Shown in pieces: positions 46,921-59,433 of a DNA stretch of 64,000 bases. Source of the DNA: a virus (taxonomy: Duplodnaviria > Caudoviricetes). The notes beneath the pieces were generated by a model. The model saw nothing but the letters and a program-made list of their open reading frames with translations. It had not been told where the DNA came from and ran no database searches. Numbering within the stretch: the first letter of the stretch is position 1; the number at the start of each line of letters is the position of its first letter. The translations under genes and the position numbers were made by a program. The DNA lies in IMG/VR virus record IMGVR_UViG_3300020037_005233, positions 32,001 through 96,000 of that record; one strand, written 5' to 3'.

Positions 46921-47116
46921 GGCAGCGCGTCTACTATGGTGGACGCAAATGTGATTAGCGCCACTGTCACCACTACTCCAGCCAGCACTCCATAGTGGTC
47001 AAAAGCAAGACATATCAAAACACCCATCACAATAGTCACGGCAGTGAGAGCGGAAATGACAGCCATAAACCCAACCAGCGCGCCCACGTTATTAGCCAAT
47101 AATTTTAGAAAACTCT

Positions 47117-47749
47117 TCATGTGGCTTCTCCTTCTTCAGCAGCGTCTCCAAGTGGGCAGTACTTGTCATTCCTACCACGGTCTCGCTTAGTAAGTGCTTT
47201 CGCATAAAACTCCACACCCATCTCACGTCGCAATGCCGATATCCTGATGTCATACTGTTGCAGCATGTACTCGTTCATAAGTCTTCTCCCCATCTGATGC
47301 ATATAAGATGGTTTAGGCCTAGCGTCTGTAAGTTTTCTGCACCTGTGCACGCTGGTCAGACTGTTGTGTACGTCAAATGGGTGCTCCGACGCATCGTACT
47401 CAGCATCGAATGATAGCACTCCGTACCTAATGTTTTTAGTGTTCAGATATTCTTTTGCTCTATCCGCTAAGCTTTTAGGTACTACATAGTACAGGTAGTT
47501 AGGGCTGTTCCTACCCACGGCATACCACTCGTGTTTGACGCTCTTTGTTTCGAACTCGCGCTTAAGGTCTGACAGAGAGCTTTTTATCTCGATCTCTACC
47601 ATGGAGGTAGGTAGGCCATCTCGGCCTATCCACAACCCACACACGTCTTTTAAATACCTGTTACCAACCTCAGTACAAACAATATCAGCACCCTTGGCCA
47701 TCCGTAGCCAAGACATAGCAGCCCACTTCATGTCGCCTGTTAAACTCAT
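47117..47749 (-). CDS. MmcB-like PD-(D/E)XK nuclease
   Basis: CTEV...DV...EIEIKSSLSDLKRE...KH..Y...NYLYYVVP. Confidence 0.7.
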   Translation of the reverse strand: MSLTGDMKWAAMSWLRMAKGADIVCTEVGNRYLKDVCGLWIGRDGLPTSMVEIEIKSSLSDLKREFETKSVKHEWYAVGRNSPNYLYYVVPKSLADRAKEYLNTKNIRYGVLSFDAEYDASEHPFDVHNSLTSVHRCRKLTDARPKPSYMHQMGRRLMNEYMLQQYDIRISALRREMGVEFYAKALTKRDRGRNDKYCPLGDAAEEGEAT

Positions 47750-49146
47750 GAGGGTAATCTCTTACTGGAGCGAGCACAAGTCAAGGCAAATTTTGCCGTG
47801 TTACTTGCCACCAGCTTTGTACGCGAAAACCATTGCTGTTACCTGTAATAATGTCGCCAGTATTATTAGTTCGGTATCGTTACCATCTTTTTCCGCACCT
47901 CCGATATATGCCATCCTAAGTGGCGCGATAACAAACATACCCCACATCACACACTGCAATAATTCTACTACGGTCATGATCCCCCCTTAATCTCATATAC
48001 TCCGGCGTCTCCAAATAACTCTGGTCTGCGAAACACCTTTGGGTCGCATATAGCAAAATCACTCAGCTTAACCTTGTACACGTAGTATGCCGAGCCTTCT
48101 GTATTTACACAGAACTGAGGCTCTGTTGGTTCCCCAAATACCTGGAACTTTAGTGCCTCCCCGCCCATAGCAACCACTATAAACCCAAGAAATGTCAGGT
48201 TGTCTGCGGCTTCATTTATTGAATACGCAGAAATCTTTGATTCCTCTCCATCGCTTACGTGTGTAAATAGGTAATCACCTAACCTAATCTTAGCAAGGGG
48301 TAATTTTGTCATGATCTTCTCCCCTTAGTTTAAAGACGCACGTCTCTGATTTCTGTACAGCGGTGTTCCCTACGTCTAGGTTTAGCGCAAACAGTACCAG
48401 GCTAAACTCTTCCCCCACAAAGTCCTTGTTCACGGTTTCTTTTTCGGGGAGGTACACCTGAAATGACACTAGGCCAGGCTTCTCACCGTGGTATACCATC
48501 CCACCACTCAAAAGTGAGTAAAACTTCCCATTCACATGGAGTTCGTAGATAGGGTACCCCCGATCTAGGTCGTGCGGCCTATTCTTATAGTATACACCCA
48601 CCGCAATAACAGGGGAGGCTTTTGACTCCAGTGTTAGTTGCAGCGATGGTAGCGGCACATGTAATCCATTTTTAATTGTGATCATCGTAATCTCTCCCTA
48701 AGGGCATCGAGTGGTGCAAGGTGCTTAAGCTCCCCCCACCTATCCTTGCCGTCAATGTCTGTGTCTTTAATTAGGCCGTCTTTAATCATGGAGTCTAGGT
48801 CAAGCCTGATGGATATATCTGGGGCGTAGTATTCCGAAGAATACCCGCACGCAGTTTCATCAAACACCCAGAAATCTCGGTCAGTGCTGGTTAAGACATA
48901 CTTGCGTAATATCTCAAGTGTCCAACCATCTTTCTTATAAAACCTAGAACTCAGACTTGTTATCGCAACTCTCATTTTTAGGTTCACCTGTGTTGTGGTT
49001 GTAATAGTAAGAACAATCTTTGTCACAAAAGAACTGCCGCTTTAGCACAGCTCTTCCGCAGTTGATGCAGATATAGTCTTCTTTACGACACACGTCTTTA
49101 ACCAAGAATGGACGTATGATATTGTAAACAAAACGCTTAATCTTTC

Positions 49147-49422
49147 TCACACTTCCTCCTCGTAAGACGCTTCAAAAATATCTGGCTTACAAAAGTAGAA
49201 CTCGCCTTTCAAGCCTTTGATTAAGTAGTCTCCGCGACTGCCTGCCATAGGCCCTTCTAGAGTCATGATATGCAACCTAGATGCTAGAAGCTGGTCTAGC
49301 ACTGGTTCGACAGGGGACATAAAAGCCCTGATAGCTTCTAAGTTATCCCCTGTCCACCTGATCGCCTCTTTAACTACTACCCTAGACCTATACCTTTTTG
49401 GTACGTTCATTTCCCCTCCCAT
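49147..49422 (-). CDS. Conserved phage protein (EA..WTG...TLEG...GDYLIKG..GEFY.CKPDIF..SYE family)
   Basis: Motif; divergent paralogue at 51949-52209. Confidence 0.75.
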   Translation of the reverse strand: MGGEMNVPKRYRSRVVVKEAIRWTGDNLEAIRAFMSPVEPVLDQLLASRLHIMTLEGPMAGSRGDYLIKGLKGEFYFCKPDIFEASYEEEV

Positions 49423-52400
49423 CTCTGTCTAGCCTCTAGTGAAATCAGCTCTAACTTTAACCGTGCAATTGTAAACTCACGCCCCGCCCAAGCAACGGAC
49501 TTATCAATGCCGTATTTTAATACATCGGCAGAGTGCTCCTCATGCAACATCTTCTCCCCCTCTGCACGGAAATCTACCATATCTTGAACACTTACAAACG
49601 GACTCTGGCTATTCATGGACTATCTCCTTCGTTATTGACGGGGCCGTCGAAAATGGTGTGTGGTATCTCCGTGATTTCCTCGTTGATCGGATACTCAACC
49701 AGCTGCCCAAAATAAAGCATTGTCGGGCAACGCTTCTTAAACTCTTCATCGGAGATAGGAAGCAACGCCGCTCTAGCCTTTGCTGCACTAAAAGGGTGCA
49801 CCGATATTTCCTTCAATGCTTCCTCGTACCTCGTCACTTTTTCTTCCAGCTCAGCTATCTTAGAACGCAATTCTTCCCTTGATAGTTCGTTAGTGGCTAC
49901 AGTACCGCCACTCTCTTCGATCATGGCTGTGATTGCTCTACCCAAGAACTCTAGTCTGCCTCTATAGATCATCTCATCAGGTGATATATTGCCAAACATT
50001 GGGTTCTTGGTGTGGAACCATACATGTGTTTTCCACTCATCCCATTTCATATGCTTCATCACCGCTATGAAAAGCGGGTTATATCCTGGTTCCATCTTGT
50101 GCTCCTTTTATTGCCTAAATACTTCTTAAAACACTTTTTGCAGGTAACGCGATTAAAATAGGGCTCCCAGCAACGAGGCGACCTGCTGGTAATTAAACTC
50201 ATGGATTTAAGGGGCCATCACCTTGAAATAAATTTCAATCCACCGAATCGAGTACCCAACACGAACAGTCACAGACATGCCTCATACTCATCACCAGATG
50301 CTTTGTGCATACGCATAAGATCGTTAAAGGTCATCTTGTACCTCGTTAACTTCGTCTCGCCTGTTGATCCAACCGTATAAGAGTTTCCTATAATGTTTTA
50401 CCATTACCCCAATACACTGTTTACAAGTTACATCTGAGCTCAAGACTGAAACGGACTCAGTATCTTCTCTTGAGCACTCAGCCACAAGCTGGCCGAGCCA
50501 CGCGAAATGTACCTTTGTCCCCTCGTCTTCACGCTTTTTATCCTGGTCAGCAATTAGCCTCTTTTCATCACATGAACAGTCACAGGTAGTGCAATAGTAT
50601 ACGTCGCAGTTAGCACAGTATTTAACATGGCCGCATTCAAATTTGCTCATCCTTCATCTCCTTCACTTTGATGTCATCTTGCTCCATATCCTTCACTTTG
50701 GTTGATGCAACGACCTTCCTAAGCTCAATAAGCTCGCAGAGGTATTCAACCACTTTCTCGCTCACACTGGCGCTATAATGACGATCTCCTCCAACATGCT
50801 CCCAGTTCATTCGCATGAAGTCTTCAATCATAGACTCAATATTATCTAACGCATTAAGGTGTTTCATCTTTCATCTCCTTCACTTCGTCGCGCTGTTTAA
50901 TCATGGCGTCTAGTACCATCTGTTGTGTGCATATGACCTTGTTTAGGCAATTAATACAGGTCACATGAATGAGATAGCCTGTACATCTTGTATTGTACTC
51001 CCGTTTTTTACCGCAAAAAAGTAAGCGAAGATTATTTACGTAATGCACTTTCATTCAGTCTCCTTCACTTCGTCGCGGCGTTTGATCCATAGTGACGTGT
51101 AGTAAATTAGTGAGTTTATTTTTTTGGTTATGCAATCAACACATGTTACTTCATCTGCGAATCTCGAAGTTTTTTCATTACTACTGTACAATCCGTCATC
51201 ACAAAATTGTACACATGAGTTTCTATCAACTAAATGCACCTTCATTCAAACACCTGCTTTCCGTCTTCAAATACCATGTCTGGAATGTCATTTGCACGCA
51301 CGCAAAGTAAACCCGCAGATACCGTAAAACCCTCTTTCACCCAAATAATGCATCCATCGGCGGTAGCCCACGCCTGAAGCACGACGCGCTTCTTGGGCAG
51401 GACTGGGGACCAGTCATCAGTATCTAATCTAGCCGAAAAAGAACTTCCATTGGACTTCATAAGAAGTGCTAAATTAGTTCCAACAGCGTCAACTGTGTAC
51501 ATCTCTTCGGTGCTATGGGTTACTATCCCGCCGACTCCTACTTTTTCGATTGCTTCTTTAAGTGTTGCCATTTAATTCCTACTCCTATTTACTTCTTTTA
51601 GGCGGTCTTTAAGCCATTTCACTTGTTGTTGAAGGTCTAAAATGACCATATTCGATAACTCTTCTTTATGTTTTTCGACCAGTTCAGTTCTATATCTTTG
51701 AGCCCACGTGTGAGGACCGTCTAACTTTAAAATGCCGTCCTTTATTTCATCCATGAGTTTATCCTGGAGTTTGTTTTTATAATTAATCTCAGCATCAAAC
51801 GTGGCAAAAGGAATTACATTAGCATAGAAGTTTGAAATAGTTTGCCCAGCCGTGCTCCTCATTTGTTCCTTAAAATTATCCAGGGCGTCTTGCGTTTTTT
51901 GCGCAAAAATCTTTTCATCCATTTCGTTGTCTAGCTCAAAATTCTTCATCACTCCGCCTTGTCATATTTACGTTTAAATTCTTCATCACTCATCACGCTG
52001 AACGTGTCGCCGTCTTTGATGATCCAGTCGCCAACAAAAGCCCACTGAAGATACCCCCGCATTGGTGGTGGTTGGTATGAAATGCCGTTAAGATAACACC
52101 TTCTGTGTCTACTAAAAATAGTGCCCCACTTTTCGCACATATGTTCATATGATTTAAGACCATCAAGCCGCACCGCCTCAACCTCAGCTGGCTTGCTTCG
52201 GTATTTCATGGTGATACCTTCAGCTTCTTAATCTCATCATGAAGTCTGTAGTGCTCGTGTGTCTGCAACCTATGGTTGCTTGCCAAGACTTCGGCGTAAC
52301 ACTTTTTAAGGTGCTCGACTTCTCGTTCTAGCCTGCCAACGTAGTCTGACTCTAAACCTTCAAAGTGCATTGTCCCATCATAAATAGGGTGCTTCATCGA

Positions 52401-53144
52401 CGTGCTCTGGGTAAAACCATACTTTTCATAAAATGCTTTTGAATCTTCACTTTGTTTCATGATTGCTCCTTTAAAAACTCAATCAGTGCGGCAACATCTG
52501 CATTTGATAGTGTGCAGTAGTTCCAAACCCATTTTTCCATTTTCATCACTTCGTGTTCATGGCCTAAGTCACACCGCTCAGTTTTCTCGGTCTTCTGGGG
52601 TATGAACCCCGCCCACCTTACTTCTACACCGCCATCACGCTTGTGTTTCAGGTTAAGACATTCCCCCGAGTCTTCGTTACATTCTCCGTAAATTGCTAGC
52701 TTTGTTTTAGTGCGCCTCACCTGGGTGAGGCCATCTTCCATCTCTGATTTTAATCTGTTTAAGTCTGGCATTGTGTACTCCTATCTGTGCTAACGTAGTG
52801 GTTCTCCGCGCTTAAACTCGCCTGGATAAAAGCCTCCGCTTAGAAGGCCGTAATCACTTTTGTTCATAGCTTCTTCACAGTCTAAATGCATTCTGGCAGC
52901 AAAAAATTCTCCAAAGTTAGAATAAGCCCTGGACAGGTGCTTCTCTTTCACTAGGATTTTGTCTCCGCACCACTCACACTCGTATTGTTTTCGACCGATA
53001 ACGTGTTTTGTTTTTATTTCTTGATAAGCCATAAATCTCCCTACTACCTTGACCCGCTGGTCAACACCCCTAAAATTAAAAACAGGACAAGAACCTTATA
53101 TATATCCACACATGTCTGTGTATCCATAAACACTCCTTAAAATC

Positions 53145-53394
53145 GGCTGGTGGCACGCGGCTAACGAGTCATCCGACTAATTCCGTTCACTCCACCAGCC
53201 TCTTAATGCGCGTGACCTCTTTTAGCCTGAGTCGAGTCATTCTCTGGACCAGACGTGAGCGTTACCTAATGACATGGCTTTGGTCTGTGTGCTCAACACT
53301 TTACGCGCAAACTTAAAACTACTGAGGGCGTGGCGTCCAATTGGAGCGACCTCTCGACCTGCCAAGCGCCTCAGTCATGACCGTGCTTAGGTCA
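53145..53394 (-). ncRNA. Cluster of structured non-coding RNA domains (copy A)
   Basis: Stems GGCTGGTGG/CCACCAGCC, TGCGCGT/ACGCGCA, ACTGAGG/CCTCAGT, each enclosing inner helices. Confidence 0.6.
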
Positions 53395-53397
53395 AAG

Positions 53398-53544
53398 TTA
53401 TTCTTCGTATTCTTCCATTATTTCTTGCGCTGATTCAATCCCAGCCCAATTATCAACTCCTGCGGCCTCTAGTGCTTGCAGCCAAGCGGAGTCTTTCTTT
53501 AGCTGTTCATATTGTTTCTTTGAGATAGTAACTTGTTCTTCCAT
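53398..53544 (-). CDS. 48-aa protein like the phage family usually annotated as RecBCD inhibitor
   Basis: VTISKKQYEQLKKDSAWLQALEAAGVDNW; not in ORF track. Confidence 0.55.
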   Translation of the reverse strand: MEEQVTISKKQYEQLKKDSAWLQALEAAGVDNWAGIESAQEIMEEYEE

Positions 53545-54018
53545 CCATCCCCCAACTGCCCATATAGAGCGTGTTTAAAATTTGTCACCACTCATGACCG
53601 CAGTCTGGACATCTATGCCCAATAATGCGGTCTTCTCTAATACTTGAAAGTGAAATGCGGCGGCTCCATCTGTTGAGTATTCCGTGCTTAGTCCACCCAG
53701 CATAGTCCTTTGCCCAGCTGATGGCATCCTCTGCTGACTTTCCTTGCTTTATGAAAGTGTCAATAACAAGGTCACCGTCAAAGTTAGCGTTACAGGAAGG
53801 GCAGTATCCGTTTATGTTCTTATTCATGGCGTGGAAATTCCTGTTGAAAATATCTGCCAAGCTCAAAGCCCAGTACAATCCAGCCACAAATGACAACGAT
53901 AAAATCAAATGCGCCAATCATGGGGTTGGCTCTCTCCGCCCAAGTCAGTGCTGTGCATATTGTTGTCCCAACGAGCAGTACAATGTTATAAACCTTTTCC
54001 ATGTATCTCCTTAAAATC

Positions 54019-54187
54019 GGCGGCGAGCGGCGATTACGCTCTTTACTCTCTCTCGTTTGAGTACCGCCTTATTTGCGCGTCTCGGGTCGGTTTTTTATTG
54101 CCGACGGCTCTTGAGTTCCGATTACTCAAATTGGTTAGCACGTTTCCTAACCTAGAACCATTTGTGCACTTTCGTACTGACGCGCAA
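54019..54187 (-). ncRNA. Structured non-coding RNA, two domains (copy B)
   Basis: TTGCGCGTC/GACGCGCAA closing five helices; GGCGG/CCGCC three-way junction. Confidence 0.7.
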
Positions 54188-57100
54188 TCTTTGTCACTGA
54201 CAGTAGTTCTTTTTCAAGTCCTTCATCGCGTCCAAGACTTTCGTGATGTCAGATAGTGTTACACCGCTTGAGTCTTTGATAAGCACGGTGATTGCTCTAC
54301 GGTTTAAACCAGACTTTAAAAGTTTTTCTGCCGAATCTGAAATGCTGACAATAGATTTTGCCAAAACCTTCGCCGCTACTTCTTCACCCTCAACCTGCTC
54401 AACTTCAATCTTCTTTTTTCTCATCTTCTCTCCTCCAGCCCCGGCGGCTTTTGCTGTCGCACACTTCCTGCATACAGGATCGTTTCCACGTTTTGCTTCA
54501 ATCATTTTTATTTCCTCTGCGGTAGGTGGGTCGCACGCAATGAATCGCTTGCCACAAAAAGACTCGTAATAATCCCCATCCCTCAGTTTCGATAAGTCTT
54601 CTACCATCATAATATGTGTAACGTGTCTCGGCATATTTCTTCCTGTACTACAAACCGCCCTGCTTAGGTGTCAGCGACGATTTCATCTCCCACAAATTTC
54701 AGTGTTTGTGTTATCACGGGCTTATTTATGATCGCCCACACACGGTTAGCTACCCTAGCAGCTACAAGCCACTTTGTTGTGCCATCTTCATACCCTGATA
54801 TTGCGCCCTCTACCACGATCATGCACTGATCAATTGCATTATCCACGTCCGATTTAACCTTCTTTAAAAAGGCTTTCTTCTCTTCTTCAGTCAATATCCT
54901 GCCTGTACCAGTTTTTTCTTTGGATTCATCGCGGTCTTGTTTTAGCTTCATCAGTGTTTTAAACATGTACTCACTATCCTGCGATAGGCGGTGCAAGCAG
55001 TTCTTACAGTTTGCATCTAAGTCGTGGCCTACTACAGTAGTAGTGAGACCTTTCTTGTGTCCACAGAATGTCCTGCCGTTAGTGCCCTCAATATGTGTTG
55101 TCATTATTTCTCCCCCGCACATTCATCGTGTACAGCCCTTGCCCGAGCCTTCTCCGTAGTTATTAGGATTGCCTCTTTGGTTTTCTCTAGCGCTACTTGT
55201 GGAGATGCTGACCAGTCTGTGTACACAGTTACTTTCGCCTTTTCTGCATCATACAAAGAATCCATAAGCTTGCTACTCAGCCTATGTATTCTCTTGTAAT
55301 GGTGCTTTACTTGTTTTGGTGTTGGCATTTTTGCTCCCGATCTTCTCTAAAAAGTTTGCAATCTTAGATAGTCTAAGCGCGTATTTGTGGATACGTTTAG
55401 CTAGTGCACGCGGATTCTCGTCTTCGTCTACAACGCACCCGCAAAAATCTAACGCGTACTCAATTTCAATATCTCCTGGTTCCGCAAAGTGCTCTGCGTA
55501 AACATCTCTTTTTAGCGTGATACCGTAAATTTCTTTGTTATAGTGCATATAAAGTCCCCTAATTAAGTTACCATTAGCGTTATTTTCACACCTCACCAGC
55601 CGCTTTCGTTTCTAGCACCAATAGCTTAGTGTGCTTGTGATATCCTGTGGCCAGATCACCCCTGTCATGTTGCGGGTAACTCACCTCTTGGTAAACAAGA
55701 TGTGGGCCGTTGTGAGCAAGCCAAATCTTTTCACCATCTAAAATCTTCTTCATCTCCGCGTTCTCTTCACTCAAATCAGCGTTGTGATTAGCGAGCTTGC
55801 GCCCTAGCTCTTTTGACATGTTTAGCTGGCTCTCCAACTCTGCAATCCTTTGTGCTGCTGTGTATGCGGCCATATTTATATGATAAAGCTTATCTACAAT
55901 GTCAGCTGGCTCGTCCTTGATTTTCTTCTTTAATAGACGGCCTCCAATTTCATGAGAAGAACAAATCAAATACTTTTCAACAAATCCATCTACCTTTATT
56001 TTACACTTATCGCGGATTACATCTTCATTAGAAGTTGCCAGCCCAATCGCATCAATGGTGTCTCGGATTCTTCTTTTCAGAAAAGGAACAAAAACCCAAA
56101 CCCTATCCCCAACATTCCAATTAGTTTCCATTTTTCCACCTTGGCTTGAACAGAATGCAAGTAATTACATACGGCGGGTTTAATCTAGATATGATGCTTT
56201 TAAACTCACAACCATCTTGATGTGTCTGAGAATTAAACGCGCCAACACTAACTGACATGAAAGACCAAGAAAATAACGTAACCATTATTAATTCTCTATT
56301 ATAACTGTTCATTACACTGAATACTCTTTGAGAGCATAAGTCTTTAAGTGTCTTCATAAATGCCTTCATTCTAATAACTCCTTCAACGCCTCGCAAAACG
56401 CATAAGAATTTGATCCAGTGCAATTATAATACATCCGATTCAAACTCTGCTTCTTAGTCTGAACAACAGCAGATACGCTCGCAACTATTCCAATAACCGC
56501 AAATAGAAAAAGGACAAGCATTAAAAAGACCTGTAAAAAATCTAAGAACTGATTTGTTTTAACCTTCTTTTTCTTTTTCACTTACTCTCCTAACGATCCA
56601 ACTTACACTTACGCTCCAACTCGTTCATCTTAAGCCCAAGATCCAAAAGATCCGCTCTGATCGCATCGTTCTCTCTACCACACCTATCTTTGCTAAGCTG
56701 GTCCGGGTCATACCAAAATCTATTGCGAGACACCTCACACCCCAGGAGGTATCCGGGGTTTGTGACCTGTACCCAATTCTTGTAGACGCACCCGCCACTA
56801 ACCACGGTGTTTGTTATGCCGAACATAAAACCCGCTAGCTGAATCATGGACACCACCACAAATACGTTCTCTTTCATGTCTCTACCCCTTCTAAGCGTTC
56901 TTCGTACATTTGTTCAGTGAGTTGTGTCCAATGAGATATAACCACAGGTTTTGACCCAGTATGCTCCGCTATAAACCGTGATACCTTCTTAATAGGGAAC
57001 CAGCCCTCTGTTGTTTTTATGTATATAGACCCAAAAATGCCGCCGTCTAGCACATAAAACACATACCAATAATGGTTCATCTTATTTCCCAAGCTCGTAT

Positions 57101-58431
57101 TTTATTAAAACAAGTTTATACTCTTCTGATATTTTTAGTTTCGTGATCTCAGAGATGGTTGTCTCTTTAGATGATTTCCTTGGCGCTGGCTTAGAGTCTT
57201 TCCTGACCTTGGGGTGCCCTGGCTGCCTAAGTACTGCACTCGTGCCTTTCTTAAAATCGTAGTAAGTCCCTATCCCCAGCCCGTGATTTTTAATGACTAT
57301 GTTCTTGTTAACATCTGTGCTGCTTGCGAGCACAGTGTCGATACTAGCCACTAATTCTGTTAGTTCTTCTTTTGTTCTCTTTATTCTCATCTTAGGTCCC
57401 CTTCATAATCGTTATCTAAGTTCTTACAAAGCCACTTTGCCTCTACATAAAGATCTTCATCAGTAATACGCGAGTGCTCTAGGGCTTTGTGCTGTAGCGG
57501 TTTATTAATCTTGCCTGCGTACCAGTAAGCTAATCGATACATCACCCTCATCAGTTTATGCTTTATAAATATTTTCATCGTGCTCTCCTGTGCTAACCCC
57601 AGCTGTCTCAGGGTCGCTTCCCACCCCGTGAATTTCTTCGATGTATGGCTCAAAACCGTCTGTACTCAATCGTACAATAGTGCCGTCCATGTACGAGCCT
57701 GCGTAAACCCATTTTCCCCAGTACCACGTCTTAAACCTTATTTTCATCACAGGCCCCTTAAAATTAAAAAGGCGGTACAAACTGTAAAGTTCGTACCGCC
57801 AATACTAGGCAAAAAGTGCCTAAGTAGTCAACTAGAAATTATATGGAGGGTTGCCCCTAGCACCGCCGACCCAAACACCAGCCAAAATATCATCTGATGA
57901 CTAGCCATTTGGTGCTTTCCGTTCCAAATAAATGAGTAGGTTTTCCATAGCCTGGTCCTCTGTCTCTGCCATCAGGCTTAGGGCTGGGGCGGAGTGGTTG
58001 ACATAATCAACTAGGTACTTCCCCGTCATTAGTTTGCTCACTGTCACCGGGCGCCCCAATAACTTCTCCAGCTTCGTCAGTTTTTCCGGCTTCTGCTTTG
58101 TTTCTTCCATTTTTAATATTCTCCAATGTTTTTAATAGTTCTGCTGCTTCTTCTTTGGTCTGTAGTAATCCAGCCTTTAGCCACAGATCAAGTGTGTTAT
58201 CTACCTCATTCTCACCCTCCAGGCAGAGCCTTAGGCTGGTGGCTGTGTCGGTAGCGTCTCTGGTCTCTTCCATGATTTTACGGCACGTCTCTTCTGCGTT
58301 TTTAAGGTGGTGTAGCGTGTCTATATCAATGGTAAAACCCTTGCCGCCCTCAAACAAAAAACATGTATAGCATGAGACAGGGTCTTCCCCCGCCCAAAGT
58401 AACTTTTTACCTACAAAATCTTTTAACTGCG

Positions 58432-59433
58432 TCATCTGTTCTCCTCTATACAAGCGGTTACTCTACCCAAAATCGTTTCGAACTTCTCCGCAGACAGTAC
58501 CAACCTATCCCCTGTCGGCTGTTTATACAGAGTGTCCCCTGGCTTAACATTAGACTCCAAGCCCTGCCCCATGCCCATGACGTCGCCGTGCATACAATCG
58601 ACGTAATGAACAAACGCAGCCTCCTGGCATGCGAACCTAACAGGTGACCCCCACTCAAGCATGCGGTGATGACTTAAAACCACGTGCATCATAAAGTCTC
58701 TGATGATCTCAGGTACTTTATAAATGTTTGCAGCCTCAAAGATCAGTGCTGCTGTCATTGGGATATGTGGGACAAGCGTTCCTTGCAGCGTCTTCTTGAA
58801 CCCGGCTTCACTGCTGTATTCAAAGATTTTACCGAAATCGTGGAACATAACCCCGAACATACACAGATCTTTATTCAGTTGTTTACTGTAAAAGGGAAGG
58901 CTAAGTAACGCCTCCGCAGACTCGAGCATCTCAACCGTGTGTTCAAGTAGTCCTGACTTAAACGCGTGGTGAATCCCTGTAGCTGCAGGCCCCTGTTCAA
59001 ACTTCTCCCTGTACCCACTGTTAGCTACCAGTAAGTGCTCAGCCACTTGCTGAAACCAGGGATGGTTAAAGTCGTTGATGTAATGATCTAGTTTACTGCT
59101 TAGGTCTTCTACCGTGTACTTACTCCTGATCTCATAATCAGACATATCTACACCGTCTGTCACAGGCACGATATTCTGCATGCTAACCTGCAGCGCTCCG
59201 TTGTATTCTGTTGCAGTACCAGTGACAAAGCTGATGCTGCCATCTGGTGGAGTACCCATATGAGGTGTCCAATTCCACATCACCGCGGAAAGCGCACCAG
59301 TCTTATCCTGTATCTTAAACCTAGCATAGGGTTTACCAGACTTAGTCTGTGCCGCTACAAAATCTTTGATAAGCGCCTCGGTACTTACCGCGTCGCCAAC
59401 CTTAACATCACGTATGTAAGATTCTTTGCTCAT
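58432..59433 (-). CDS. YhaM/Cbf1-like 3'-5' exonuclease (OB fold + HD)
   Basis: TKSGKPY...QDKTG..SAVMW; PAATGIHHA..GLLEHT; HDFGKI.EY; SHH..EWGSP. Confidence 0.9.
   Translation of the reverse strand: MSKESYIRDVKVGDAVSTEALIKDFVAAQTKSGKPYARFKIQDKTGALSAVMWNWTPHMGTPPDGSISFVTGTATEYNGALQVSMQNIVPVTDGVDMSDYEIRSKYTVEDLSSKLDHYINDFNHPWFQQVAEHLLVANSGYREKFEQGPAATGIHHAFKSGLLEHTVEMLESAEALLSLPFYSKQLNKDLCMFGVMFHDFGKIFEYSSEAGFKKTLQGTLVPHIPMTAALIFEAANIYKVPEIIRDFMMHVVLSHHRMLEWGSPVRFACQEAAFVHYVDCMHGDVMGMGQGLESNVKPGDTLYKQPTGDRLVLSAEKFETILGRVTACIEENR

Larger units (their letters stand above)
41426..58453 (-). other. Dense array of small, translationally coupled hypothetical ORFs (accessory/host-takeover region)
   Basis: Back-to-back minus-strand ORFs with overlapping start/stop codons and SD sequences. 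Confidence 0.85.

Noticed and set aside
51242-51571. Tad2-like protein
   Set aside because: Only the start (TLKEA...G) and a DDW motif resemble the family; too weak to call
53145-54187. tRNA genes or tmRNA in the structured gaps
   Set aside because: No T-loop/anticodon cloverleaf, CCA end or tag reading frame found
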